Below, piece by piece: positions 27,421 through 36,997 of a DNA stretch of 64,000 nucleotides. A program made the position numbers and the translations under genes. The number at the start of each line of letters is the position of its first letter. Position 1 is the first letter of the stretch. A model generated the notes under the pieces. The model was not told where the DNA came from, made no database searches, and was given only the letters and a program-made list of their open reading frames with translations. Source of the DNA: Candidatus Micrarchaeia archaeon. Its GTDB lineage: Archaea; Micrarchaeota; Micrarchaeia; Micrarchaeales; CABMGC01. The stretch covers positions 84,942-148,941 of the forward strand of contig JBMFWW010000001.1 in the NCBI GenBank assembly GCA_049964835.1. Reading direction: 5' to 3'.

Positions 27421-28425
27421 TTATTTAATTATCAATACTATGGTCAATAAAAGATTTACTATAGATAATGGGAGTAAATACATCCAGCCTACCTTAAGTA
27501 TTTTATCAATTCGCATTCTTACAGCACTCACTCTAATTATAATAATAAATATAGATATTATAAATGCCTTTATTATAAGCCAGACAATACCTGGTAAAAT
27601 TGGTCCACTCCATCCTCCGAAGAAAAGTATTGCTATCAATAGTGAACCCATAAACATTCTTGTATAATCAAGCATTAAAGCAACTGCATAATAAGGTGCA
27701 CTAATATCGGTTAGCCATCCTGCTATAAGCTCAGAGTCTGCCTCTCTTAAATCAAATGGTGGTCTTTCTAGCTCCGCAAGCATTACGACAAAGAATACAA
27801 ATAATCCTATTGGCATTAGGAAAGCGTAAAAGATATTTTTCTGCATATTTATAATAGATATTAAATTATATGATCCTGAAATAATCCCTATAGTCGCAAC
27901 AACAATAATCATAGGTATTTCATAACTTATTAGCATAAGAACAGATCTTTGCGCTCCAATCTCTGCAAACTTTCCACCGCTTGCATATCCTGCAATAAAT
28001 AAAAGTATTGGAGTAAATCCAAGCAATACAAAAATTAGCAAAAGTCCTAATCCTATATCGCTAGCTTGTAAATATGAAGAAAATGGTATTAGCAATATAA
28101 TGAATGTTACTATGCTTACTAGCAAAATAGGTGCTATATTCATAAGAAATGCATCTGCATTTTTAGGAACCATCTTCTCCTTTGCTAAAAGCTTTACTAA
28201 ATCTGCAAGATTTTGGAAAATTCCCCATTTTCCTACTCTGTTGGGCCCGTGCCTTCTCTGAACCTTCGCTATCATTTTTCTTTCGACCCAACCGAAGATA
28301 TACGCAAATACAGACATCATTATTAATACAGCTATTGCGTAAACAATTATGAATATTATACTTACAAGTAAGTTTTGTGAGTTTAAGCCTGATGCAAAAT
28401 AGTTAAGTATGCTATCTATCCACAT
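27421..28425 (-). CDS. nuoH: NADH-quinone oxidoreductase subunit H
   Basis: ERKMIAKVQRRHGPNRVG; ADLVKL; ISYE; AELERPPFDLREADSEL. Confidence 0.95.
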   Translation of the reverse strand: MWIDSILNYFASGLNSQNLLVSIIFIIVYAIAVLIMMSVFAYIFGWVERKMIAKVQRRHGPNRVGKWGIFQNLADLVKLLAKEKMVPKNADAFLMNIAPILLVSIVTFIILLIPFSSYLQASDIGLGLLLIFVLLGFTPILLFIAGYASGGKFAEIGAQRSVLMLISYEIPMIIVVATIGIISGSYNLISIINMQKNIFYAFLMPIGLFVFFVVMLAELERPPFDLREADSELIAGWLTDISAPYYAVALMLDYTRMFMGSLLIAILFFGGWSGPILPGIVWLIIKAFIISIFIIIIRVSAVRMRIDKILKVGWMYLLPLSIVNLLLTIVLIIK

Positions 28426-29512
28426 CTGCCATCACCATGTCTAATGTTCCGAAGATACTGAATAAATCGGCTAATCTGTGTCCAACTGCCATCTTATTCA
28501 ATGCTGCCAAATTTATGAATGTAGGGGATCTGATTGAAAGCCTATACGGACCCTTATCTCCAGATATCATATACATCATGCACTCTCCTCTAGGCGCCTC
28601 TCTACTTACAATAACCTCTTTATTAACTGGTTTTGGAGAAACAAGTTTTACTGGCATTCCGACCATACTTCCTTCAGCTTTTTGTAATTTGTATAGGGAA
28701 TCTCTTATTACTCTTATGCTTTCTTCAATTTCCATTATTCTTACTTTATATCTTGCAAGATTGTCCCCTTCGCTTAGAAATTTAGTGTGAAAGTTGATTG
28801 TATCATATTCATAATAAGAGTTATTTTTTCTTACATCATACTTTACACCTGATGCTCTAAGAACATGTCCTGTAACTCCAAAGTTTATTGCATCTTCTAT
28901 ATCAAGTACTCCTACTCCTTTCATTCTTTGGGTAAAGATCGGGTTTTTTTCTATGAAATTTTCATAATCTTTTAAACGTTTCTCAATATACTCTAGTACC
29001 TTTCTTGTATTTTCTTCAAAGTCCTTAGGGAACTCTCGATTTAAACCACCTAATCTCATATTAACATAAAACATTCTCTGTCCAGTAGCACTCTCTAAAA
29101 GTTTTAATATAATGTCCCTATCTATAAAACCCCACATGAATCCTGTAAAAGATTGTCCAAGATCATTAGTTATAGTTCCAATCCAAAACAGATGGCTCGC
29201 TATTCTTTGCAATTCAAGAAGTATCATTCTGGCATAAGATGCCCTTTCGCTTAATGTTATACCTAAAGCTTTTTCTACAGTTGCTACATAAAGTTCATCT
29301 ACTGCCATAGGCGCAACATAATCTATTTTTTCCATATATGGCGGACTTTGCATATACATTCTATTTTCTACAAGTTTCTCTACTCCTCTATGCAAATATC
29401 CAACATGTGGTTCTACCTTTACTATTGTGTCTCCATCTAAATCTACAACTAATCTTGCAACTCCATGAGTGCTTGGATGCACCGGACCTATATTTATTCT
29501 AGTTAGTGCCAT
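28412..29512 (-). CDS. nuoD: NADH-quinone oxidoreductase subunit D
   Basis: GPVHPSTHGV; GYLHRGVEK; ELQRIASH; C-terminal ADVDR; no Ni-binding CxxC. Confidence 0.95.
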   Translation of the reverse strand: MALTRINIGPVHPSTHGVARLVVDLDGDTIVKVEPHVGYLHRGVEKLVENRMYMQSPPYMEKIDYVAPMAVDELYVATVEKALGITLSERASYARMILLELQRIASHLFWIGTITNDLGQSFTGFMWGFIDRDIILKLLESATGQRMFYVNMRLGGLNREFPKDFEENTRKVLEYIEKRLKDYENFIEKNPIFTQRMKGVGVLDIEDAINFGVTGHVLRASGVKYDVRKNNSYYEYDTINFHTKFLSEGDNLARYKVRIMEIEESIRVIRDSLYKLQKAEGSMVGMPVKLVSPKPVNKEVIVSREAPRGECMMYMISGDKGPYRLSIRSPTFINLAALNKMAVGHRLADLFSIFGTLDMVMADVDR

Positions 29513-29515
29513 TGC

Positions 29516-29890
29516 TCAAACCTTTTCATACTCAGTATTCCAAACAAAATTCTTTCTAAGAGGATAGCCTTTCCCATCCCATTTTTCCAATAGTAATTTT
29601 TTAATTCTTCTATCCTTAATTTTAATTCCAAACATCTCGTATAACTCTCTTTCATACCAATCTGCTGCATTGTATATTTCAGTTACTGTTTCTATCCATA
29701 AATCATTTGGATTTAACTCTACTTCAATAACTATATCATCATTTTTATCGAAGTTTCTCAAAATATAAATTAGATTAACGGTTTTAATGTAATCAACAGC
29801 AGTTATCTTTACTAAGTATTTATATCCTTCAGCGTAATTTTTTTTGATATTATCTAAAAAATCCCTTCTTTCAATCTTCATTGTATCCAC
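29516..29890 (-). CDS. nuoC: NADH-quinone oxidoreductase subunit C (short)
   Basis: TAVDY; AADWYERELYEMFGI; GYPLRK. Confidence 0.92.
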   Translation of the reverse strand: MDTMKIERRDFLDNIKKNYAEGYKYLVKITAVDYIKTVNLIYILRNFDKNDDIVIEVELNPNDLWIETVTEIYNAADWYERELYEMFGIKIKDRRIKKLLLEKWDGKGYPLRKNFVWNTEYEKV

Positions 29891-30434
29891 TTACCTTCTT
29901 CTGCAGTTTCATCAATGCAGAAAATAAATTTTCAGGCCTTGGAGGGCATCCGACAACATATACATCTACTGGAAGTACCTGGTCTATTCCCTTTACTATA
30001 TTGTAGCTTTGCCACCATGGTCCTCCACATGTAGCACACTCTCCAAAAGCAATAACATATCGTGGCCTTGCCATTTGCTCATATAACCTTTTTACTTCTG
30101 GAACCATAGATTTTGTAACCCATCCTGCTACAAGCATAACATCTGCTTGTTTCGGCGTTGCTCTGAAAAGCAAATAACCCTTCCTTTCAGCATCTATCCT
30201 TGCAGAACCAAAGTCCATAAGCTCCATAGCGCAGCAAGCTAATCCAAATTGTAATGGCCATAGCGAATTAACTCTTGACCAGCTTACCATACCTTTTGAT
30301 AGTGCCTTTGTTAGTTCAGAAAGTTTTCCAAAAGCCACATTTGGTTTAACATCCCTAGTTTTTAATGAATCTGCAACTAACTTATCCATTTCCATTCTGG
30401 CATTAAGCATCTTTTCATCATCTATTGAGTCCAT
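29871..30434 (-). CDS. nuoB: NADH-quinone oxidoreductase subunit B
   Basis: FGLACCAME; GECATCGG; PVDVYVVGCPPRPE. Confidence 0.96.
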   Translation of the reverse strand: MDSIDDEKMLNARMEMDKLVADSLKTRDVKPNVAFGKLSELTKALSKGMVSWSRVNSLWPLQFGLACCAMELMDFGSARIDAERKGYLLFRATPKQADVMLVAGWVTKSMVPEVKRLYEQMARPRYVIAFGECATCGGPWWQSYNIVKGIDQVLPVDVYVVGCPPRPENLFSALMKLQKKVSGYNED

Positions 30435-30795
30435 TTGATCTCCAAAATCTTTTTAGTGAAAAAAACATTATAAATAAAAGAAATATCATTGATAGAATTA
30501 ACAATCCTATTATATAAATATCTGTTGCGAGTGTAGTAAAATTTATTACATATGCCCAAGCCAGAATTATCCCTGTTAATATCTCAAACGCTAAGAATCC
30601 AGTAAAGTAATGGAAGTACTCGGACATTATTGTGATTTTAGAACCTACACTTTCTTCTGCACTTTCGAAATTAAGCTCTGAAACTGCATTATTCCGTCTT
30701 TTATATCCTAACATAATTGAAGTAAAAACAAGTGAAACCGGTACAATTATGGAAAATACTATAAATATTCCAATAGCAACGTAATTTGATGGCAT
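30418..30795 (-). CDS. nuoA: NADH-quinone oxidoreductase subunit A
   Basis: 3 TM; FESAE loop; FLAFE; first gene of the operon. Confidence 0.85.
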   Translation of the reverse strand: MPSNYVAIGIFIVFSIIVPVSLVFTSIMLGYKRRNNAVSELNFESAEESVGSKITIMSEYFHYFTGFLAFEILTGIILAWAYVINFTTLATDIYIIGLLILSMIFLLFIMFFSLKRFWRSNGLNR

Positions 30796-30927
30796 GATTA
30801 TAAGTAGAAGAATAACTTAATATTGTTATCTTTATTAATAATTACTTAAATTTCATAAAACAAATATGATATATACTTCAAGAAGCAATCAAACACACTT
30901 TTGAAATTGTAAAAAATTGGTAATATT

Positions 30928-31365
30928 ATGGAGTTATCGGAAAATGCAAAATTAACATTAAGTAGGGGCAAGGTAAAATTACGGGTATTAAGGAGCGGAA
31001 TGTACCAACAGATTACCTTTGACGTTAAGGTTGTATCGTCTGGCAATATAGAGTATAACGAACTTTTTACAAATAGAACAATAGATATTTCTGAGCTTAA
31101 AAGAATAGCAGATGAGATCGGTCTTCCAATAGCTGCTCAAAATGCCATTGTTTTTCCTGAAGGAACATCTAGCAATGATTTTAAAATAAGAGAAAAAGAG
31201 TACCATATTGCAGAGGAAACGAATGAAGTTAAAACTGAAGAACTAATCGAAGAGAAATCAAATAATATAGAAAGTCAAAATAATAATTCTAAGACTCAAG
31301 AAGCAAACAAAGAAGGTTCAAGTCAGAATTCAAGCGAAACTTCAAATAATGACAAAAATCAATAA
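30928..31365 (+). CDS. Hypothetical protein with an E/N/S-rich disordered tail
   Basis: 145-aa ORF, codon-like composition, divergent from nuoA. Confidence 0.65.
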   Translation: MELSENAKLTLSRGKVKLRVLRSGMYQQITFDVKVVSSGNIEYNELFTNRTIDISELKRIADEIGLPIAAQNAIVFPEGTSSNDFKIREKEYHIAEETNEVKTEELIEEKSNNIESQNNNSKTQEANKEGSSQNSSETSNNDKNQ

Positions 31366-31395
31366 TCACTATACTTCTAAATACTTTGCTCTTAT

Positions 31396-31527
31396 TTATT
31401 TTAATCCAGAAGCACAACTTTCACATACTCCTTTTTTACCTGCATGCTTATTGCAATAAGGCCTTCCACACAGAGTACATACATTATTAGCTAATTTATT
31501 ACAAATATGGCACAATTTTATTTTCAT
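31396..31527 (-). CDS. 43-aa Cys/His zinc-finger microprotein (not in ORF track)
   Basis: MKIKLCHICNKLANNVCTLCGRPYCNKHAGKKGVCESCASGLK; starts 5 nt after the priL stop. Confidence 0.8.
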   Translation of the reverse strand: MKIKLCHICNKLANNVCTLCGRPYCNKHAGKKGVCESCASGLK

Positions 31528-31532
31528 AACTT

Positions 31533-32468
31533 TCACTTCAAAATATCCTCTCCCAACAACTCTTTAGCTCTTAAATATGACAGTGGTTTCATTCCTTTAA
31601 GTTTTGCATACTTTATTTGATATCTAATATAACTTTCATTGACATCAGTGTCAGGGTTTATTTCCTTACACTTTTCTATATAATTATTTATAACTTTAAA
31701 AGCATCCTCTTCAGATAAACCTACAATATTAGTAAAGTATGGCGCAAGTATGAGATTTACAGTTCTATGCCTTACATCGGCAATAGGTCTTTCCATAAGT
31801 TTTTTAATCCAATTATATTTTTCATTATTGGAAAACTTAACTTTTTGACTTATTGGTGGCATCTTAATTTTTTTAGAAAATTCAAAGACCTCTTCAGGAA
31901 GTTCTGACTTAGGTATTGGCAAATTTTTATTTATTTCAATCTCTATTCTTTTTATTAAAAATCTAGAAAGCTTTTCCTTGCTTAAGTATACATATCCATT
32001 TTTCAAATCTTGGAATATCAAATTAAATTCTTTTTGATTTGACATATTATTAAGGTATGGCTCTAAAGGTATCATAAGTAACTCTTTATCTTTTTTAATA
32101 TCTAAATTTAGTTCTTGTGTAATTAATGAAATATTATATGGTTTATCTTCAATAAGTGATGAAACACTTCTAAAAGCCTCATTCGATACAAATGCCTTTA
32201 TAACCGTTTTAGATCCAGTTCCGCTCGCAATCATTCTTGCATATGCGTAGCTAAGTATATGAACAATCTTAATCTCATTAGGTATGTCTGAGGTTAAATC
32301 TTCATTCTTCTTATCCAAGGCATTTTGGACACGTATCATTCCATAATTTAATAATCTACGTTCCAACGCGTTTCCATATGTACTTATAATCTCTTTAGCT
32401 TCTTTAGAAAAAGGATATCTGTAAGCAATATCTAATTCATTATTACTATACTTTATTTCAGTTTCCAT
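31533..32468 (-). CDS. priL: DNA primase large subunit N-domain fused to a PriX-like C-domain
   Basis: RYPFSKEAK, LSYAYAR, LKNGYVYL (PriL-NTD); WIKKL..RPIADVRHRTVNLILAPY..NI.GLS...YIRYQ..YA...GMKPLS (PriX-like); only one Cys. Confidence 0.8.
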   Translation of the reverse strand: METEIKYSNNELDIAYRYPFSKEAKEIISTYGNALERRLLNYGMIRVQNALDKKNEDLTSDIPNEIKIVHILSYAYARMIASGTGSKTVIKAFVSNEAFRSVSSLIEDKPYNISLITQELNLDIKKDKELLMIPLEPYLNNMSNQKEFNLIFQDLKNGYVYLSKEKLSRFLIKRIEIEINKNLPIPKSELPEEVFEFSKKIKMPPISQKVKFSNNEKYNWIKKLMERPIADVRHRTVNLILAPYFTNIVGLSEEDAFKVINNYIEKCKEINPDTDVNESYIRYQIKYAKLKGMKPLSYLRAKELLGEDILK

Positions 32469-32545
32469 GAAAGAAACAACTCTTATAATATTAGCTTTTC
32501 ACAAAATTATATATTATTTGTTATTTTTATATATACTGTGTTAAG

Positions 32546-33175
32546 ATGGCAACTAAAAATAATAATGATCGCGAATGGGATGAGCTAACAGACAGTTTCA
32601 TAACAGGAATAGATGATAAGCTCCTAGTAGATTCGGATGTAAAGCTAAGAGATGTCCTTACGCATCCATCTAAATATGCACAAAAATCAAATGCCTCTTC
32701 AATTTTAGAGAAGATGCAATCTTCAATAGACACCTACTTTGGCATTGTAATGGAAGCGTTCAAATCAGAAAAGGACAAATTCGATAAGGAGTTAGAAGCA
32801 ATGTCTATACTTTATTCTAAGGTATCTTCTACAATACAAGAAAAGGCAGAACTTTCACAAACACCAATAATAACACCGCATAGTATTAATGTAAATGAAA
32901 AATCATCTGAGTCAATAATAATAGACTCGTTTGATACACAAGTAGAACATCTTATAGGCAAACTTACTAGCTCTTCAGTTTATATTGGTGATATATCTGC
33001 TAAGTACAATGAACATACATTAGGTTCATGGATTTTCTCATCAAAAAGACCTTATATTTTAACAATAAAGCCGCCTGAGAATATAATAATGGAAATAGAA
33101 AATGCAAAATTAACAATAATGTCATATATTAGTTCATTTTCAGGAGAAATAGAGCTGTACAAATCTTCAAAATAA
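32546..33175 (+). CDS. Hypothetical protein
   Basis: 209-aa ORF; first of a co-oriented run. Confidence 0.65.
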   Translation: MATKNNNDREWDELTDSFITGIDDKLLVDSDVKLRDVLTHPSKYAQKSNASSILEKMQSSIDTYFGIVMEAFKSEKDKFDKELEAMSILYSKVSSTIQEKAELSQTPIITPHSINVNEKSSESIIIDSFDTQVEHLIGKLTSSSVYIGDISAKYNEHTLGSWIFSSKRPYILTIKPPENIIMEIENAKLTIMSYISSFSGEIELYKSSK

Positions 33176-33194
33176 AAATCAAATTAACGAGTAA

Positions 33195-33776
33195 ATGAAA
33201 AATAAAATTAGTAATGCTACAACCGTTTTGATTATAACTGGCGTTCCAGGAACTGGAAAGACAACTCTCGCTAAACTTCTCTTTAAAAGATTGAAAAACG
33301 TATACCTTGTAGGTGCAAATGAAATAGCAAAAAGAAATAAGTTATATCTTGGTTTTGATAAAGCAGACAACGCTCACATAGTAGATTTAAAAAAACTAGA
33401 AAAAGAAGTAAATGTTATAATAAAAAGAGAAAAACAAAGTGGGACTAAGTATATAATATTCGAAGGCCATTTATTATGCGACATAAAAATTCCTAACGTT
33501 AAAGTAATTGTTTTAAGATCACACATAAATACCTTGGAAAAAAGACTTAAAAAACGTGGTTACAGTAATAAAAAATTATCAGAAAACATTATGTCTGAAC
33601 TTATTAATTACTGTGGCAACAATTCAAGGAAGAATTATAATAATGTTTATGAAGTATTAAATGATAAGAACTGTTTGAAAACTTCATTGAAAATAATAAA
33701 TAATATAAAAGTAAAAAGAAAAACTTATGATATACTGTCAGAGTTTAATGAAAAGCATAAAAAGTACCTCACTTAA
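33195..33776 (+). CDS. Adenylate kinase 6 (Fap7-like)
   Basis: ITGVPGTGKTT; FEGHL (hhhh-D/E-x-H); KRLKKRGYS..KL.EN..SE. Confidence 0.88.
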   Translation: MKNKISNATTVLIITGVPGTGKTTLAKLLFKRLKNVYLVGANEIAKRNKLYLGFDKADNAHIVDLKKLEKEVNVIIKREKQSGTKYIIFEGHLLCDIKIPNVKVIVLRSHINTLEKRLKKRGYSNKKLSENIMSELINYCGNNSRKNYNNVYEVLNDKNCLKTSLKIINNIKVKRKTYDILSEFNEKHKKYLT

Positions 33777-33787
33777 TTGGTATTTAT

Positions 33788-34825
33788 ATGAAAGCTATGG
33801 GTTTTAATGAACACGGTAATTACGAAAAAATACATGAGATTGAGGTTAAAGATCCAAATGTTCCAGAAAATTATGTGCTAATAAGATTAAAATCAACTTC
33901 AATAAATACTCTTGATTTAATGACTAGGAATGGAATACCTGGCTTTAAATTTGAAATGCCGCACATTCCTGGTTCTGATGTATTTGGGATTGTAGAAGCG
34001 GTAGGTAAAAACGCTAACAAATTTTCTATAGGCGACGAAGTAATTGCAAATACAGCTTATGGCTGTGGAATATGTTCTTTCTGTAAATCTGGTTTAGAGC
34101 ATAAGTGCCCTTCTTTGAAGTGTTTAGGATTGCATGTAAACGGGAGCTATGCAGAACTAATCTCAGTCCCTGAAAGTATACTATTACGTGCATCAAAATC
34201 ATTTACCGAAAAAGAGTTAGCCGCTTTACCATTGCATCTGCCATTAGCATGGAGAAACATAAAAAAACTTGCATTAGCAAAGCCAGACGAAACAATACTT
34301 ATAAAAGGAGCAACCGGAAATGTTGGCATATATGGAATTTTAATGGCGAAGGCTCTAAAATTAAATATAATCGCATTAACAAGAAATCCAGAAAATGAGT
34401 TAATACTTAAAAAACTAGGCGTAAATACTGTAATATCTGGAAAGGATTACACTGAAAATTTAACTAAAAGCGTAATGGACATTACAAATAACAAAGGTGT
34501 AGATATTATATTGGAATCATTTGGCTCAACAATGAACACATCAATAGATGTTGCTGCGTACAATGCTAGAATAATATCATTTGGTGTTCTTACTGGGTCA
34601 GAATCAAACATAAATATAAGAAAGCTTTATTTAAGAAATATATCAATACTAGGTACACACAACGCTTCAAAAGAGGATCTTGATGAATCAATCGAATTTG
34701 CTATAAAAAATAACATACATCCATTAATATCCGCTTCATACGATCTTAAGGATGCGTCAGTTGCACAAAAGAAGTTTGAAGATCACAATTCAATAGGAAA
34801 AATAATTCTACAAAATAGGTTCTAA
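33788..34825 (+). CDS. Zinc-binding MDR-family dehydrogenase / quinone oxidoreductase
   Basis: PHIPGSD; CGICSFC.SG.E..C; GSYAE; GATGNVG; GKIIL. Confidence 0.88.
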   Translation: MKAMGFNEHGNYEKIHEIEVKDPNVPENYVLIRLKSTSINTLDLMTRNGIPGFKFEMPHIPGSDVFGIVEAVGKNANKFSIGDEVIANTAYGCGICSFCKSGLEHKCPSLKCLGLHVNGSYAELISVPESILLRASKSFTEKELAALPLHLPLAWRNIKKLALAKPDETILIKGATGNVGIYGILMAKALKLNIIALTRNPENELILKKLGVNTVISGKDYTENLTKSVMDITNNKGVDIILESFGSTMNTSIDVAAYNARIISFGVLTGSESNINIRKLYLRNISILGTHNASKEDLDESIEFAIKNNIHPLISASYDLKDASVAQKKFEDHNSIGKIILQNRF

Positions 34826-34826
34826 A

Positions 34827-35447
34827 ATGAAATTAAAAAAATTTGATTATATCTATTTCGGACTCCCATTAATACTATGGCCGTTGAGTTTTATCTTATT
34901 CAGTAATTATTTTGTCTATGCCATGACAATATCAACCGTAATTCTTGCAACTATAACACTTTTAAAATACAAAGATATTTTAAAGGTAAAGAGTGGAAGC
35001 ATTAAAAAAATACTTTTATGGGGGGCTATAGGCGCTGCGGTATTATATCTTATTTTTTTAGTGGGCTATTATCTTTCAATAGCAACAAATACAGTTTTTT
35101 ATGTAGTTAAGGTTTATAAGCTAATATATATTGAAGCACAACCAATTTTTCTTTTTATACTTCTTGCAATAATAGGTATATGCGAAGAGTTTTACTGGAG
35201 AGGCGGAGTCCAAGCATTAATAAGAAAGAAATCAAAGTTGTTCAAAAAGATGCCATGGGTTGGAGCTGCATTATATTATGGTTTAATACACATTTCAACA
35301 TTAAATCCAATACTTGTTCTAGCCGCATTGTTTGTAGGTATAGTTACAAGTATACTTGCAGAGAAATATGGAATATTAAGTTCAATGATAGCGCATGTTG
35401 TGTGGATCGAGTTCATTATAATCTTCTTACCAGTTATTTTAATATAA
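34827..35447 (+). CDS. CPBP (CAAX/Abi) intramembrane metalloprotease
   Basis: EEFYWRG; YGLIH; AHVVW. Confidence 0.85.
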   Translation: MKLKKFDYIYFGLPLILWPLSFILFSNYFVYAMTISTVILATITLLKYKDILKVKSGSIKKILLWGAIGAAVLYLIFLVGYYLSIATNTVFYVVKVYKLIYIEAQPIFLFILLAIIGICEEFYWRGGVQALIRKKSKLFKKMPWVGAALYYGLIHISTLNPILVLAALFVGIVTSILAEKYGILSSMIAHVVWIEFIIIFLPVILI

Positions 35448-35459
35448 ATGTGAATTCAA

Positions 35460-36146
35460 ATGAGCCAAAAGATAAATAAAATTTTTTCAAGAATATCAAA
35501 TAGATATGACTCAATGAATCACATCTTAAGTTTTGGTATTGACAAATCCTGGCGAGATGAAGCAGTAAGGATTTCTTGTTCATTTTTAAAAGATAATAAA
35601 AATCCTAGAATACTTGATGTTGCAACAGGTACTGGAGATCTCGCAATATTATTATCAAAAAAAATTAAAAATGCAAAAATAACTGCGATAGATTTTAATT
35701 CAGACATGGTAAAAATAGGCGAAGAAAAAGCAATAAAGAACCAGTGCAAAAATATTACATTTTTAGTATCAGACGCTTTAAAAACTAATTTCAAACCAAA
35801 CTCTTTTGATTTATGCATATCTGGTTTTGCCCTTAGAAATTTAGATGATTTAGACATTTTTTTAAAAGAACAAAAGCGTATTCTTACAGATAATGGTCAT
35901 TTTGTTTATTTGGATATGGCACTACCTGATGAAAAATTAAATAGAATATTTTTTAAAATATATTCGCATTTTATGCTTTTTGTTGGTTTTTTTGTTGATT
36001 ATACTGCTTACTATTGGTTAACATTAAGCATAAAGAAGTTTGATAAAAAAAACCTTATAGAACTACTTACAAAAAATAACTTCAAAAATATAAAGTACAA
36101 AGAGTTATCGACGAAAATTGCATATATTGTAAATGGCAATAAATAA
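35460..36146 (+). CDS. menG: Demethylmenaquinone methyltransferase (UbiE/MenG)
   Basis: YDSMNHILSFGIDKSWR; LDVATGTGD; FALRN. Confidence 0.9.
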   Translation: MSQKINKIFSRISNRYDSMNHILSFGIDKSWRDEAVRISCSFLKDNKNPRILDVATGTGDLAILLSKKIKNAKITAIDFNSDMVKIGEEKAIKNQCKNITFLVSDALKTNFKPNSFDLCISGFALRNLDDLDIFLKEQKRILTDNGHFVYLDMALPDEKLNRIFFKIYSHFMLFVGFFVDYTAYYWLTLSIKKFDKKNLIELLTKNNFKNIKYKELSTKIAYIVNGNK

Positions 36147-36154
36147 TAATTAAA

Positions 36155-36988
36155 TTATACGCTTGCAATATTTTTATACTCTAACAACTCTTTTTTATTT
36201 ATTCCTTTTAAGCATTTTTCTCCAGAAATTAGGTACTCTTTGTTAAGAAGTTTTGCTTTACTTATCGCATCTTCTTCTTTTATTCCTGAAGCAGTTAAGC
36301 TATTTACTATATTTGGTCTATTCTTTTCAGATGACTTTTTTTCATCACGTGCAAGAATATAATCATCAATGTCATCCTTTATTTGAAATGCCATGCCAAA
36401 ATTATATCCGAACTCTTTTAACTCATTGGCCTCTTTTTGATTTTTATATATTGCAGGTAACGAGATAGCAGTTTCAATAAGGGAGGTGCTTTTTAATTCT
36501 GATATATTAAAGTAGTCCTTTAATTTTGGTACCTCCCTATTTTTTTGGAATTCAAAATCAAGAGACTCGCCTGCAGCCATCTTCATCGCAGTTACTGCCA
36601 TAATATCAATAACTTTTTTTCCATAAGAAGAAGCACGTCTAATAGCTTCAGATATTAATGCATCGCCAGCAAGTAAAGCTATTTCATTTCCAAATTTTAC
36701 ATGTGTTGCATTGACTCCTCTTCTATACAAATCTTTATCTATTAAATCATCATGTATTAGTGAAGAGGTATGTAAAAGTTCTATTGAAATTGACATATCT
36801 ATAACTTCTTCTGGATCTATTCCAGAGTACAATGCACCTAAAAAAACTAAGCTAGGCCTTAATAATTTTCCACCCTCTTTTAATAGATAAGAGGATGAAT
36901 CGTAAAGCTTTTTGTTAAAAAAGTCTTTTTTGTCAATACTAACTAACGTCTTCCTTGTCTTTTTAAGATACTCTTCTATATTGTCCAA
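36155..36988 (-). CDS. Polyprenyl diphosphate synthase (GGPP synthase-like)
   Basis: GGKLLRP; ELLHTSSLIHDDLID...RRG; LLAGD; FQIKDD. Confidence 0.92.
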   Translation of the reverse strand: MDNIEEYLKKTRKTLVSIDKKDFFNKKLYDSSSYLLKEGGKLLRPSLVFLGALYSGIDPEEVIDMSISIELLHTSSLIHDDLIDKDLYRRGVNATHVKFGNEIALLAGDALISEAIRRASSYGKKVIDIMAVTAMKMAAGESLDFEFQKNREVPKLKDYFNISELKSTSLIETAISLPAIYKNQKEANELKEFGYNFGMAFQIKDDIDDYILARDEKKSSEKNRPNIVNSLTASGIKEEDAISKAKLLNKEYLISGEKCLKGINKKELLEYKNIASV

Positions 36989-36997
36989 AGGTACTCC

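Noticed and set aside
28412..30434. Group 4 [NiFe] hydrogenase
   Set aside because: The large subunit lacks both CxxC Ni-binding motifs, and the gene set matches Nuo
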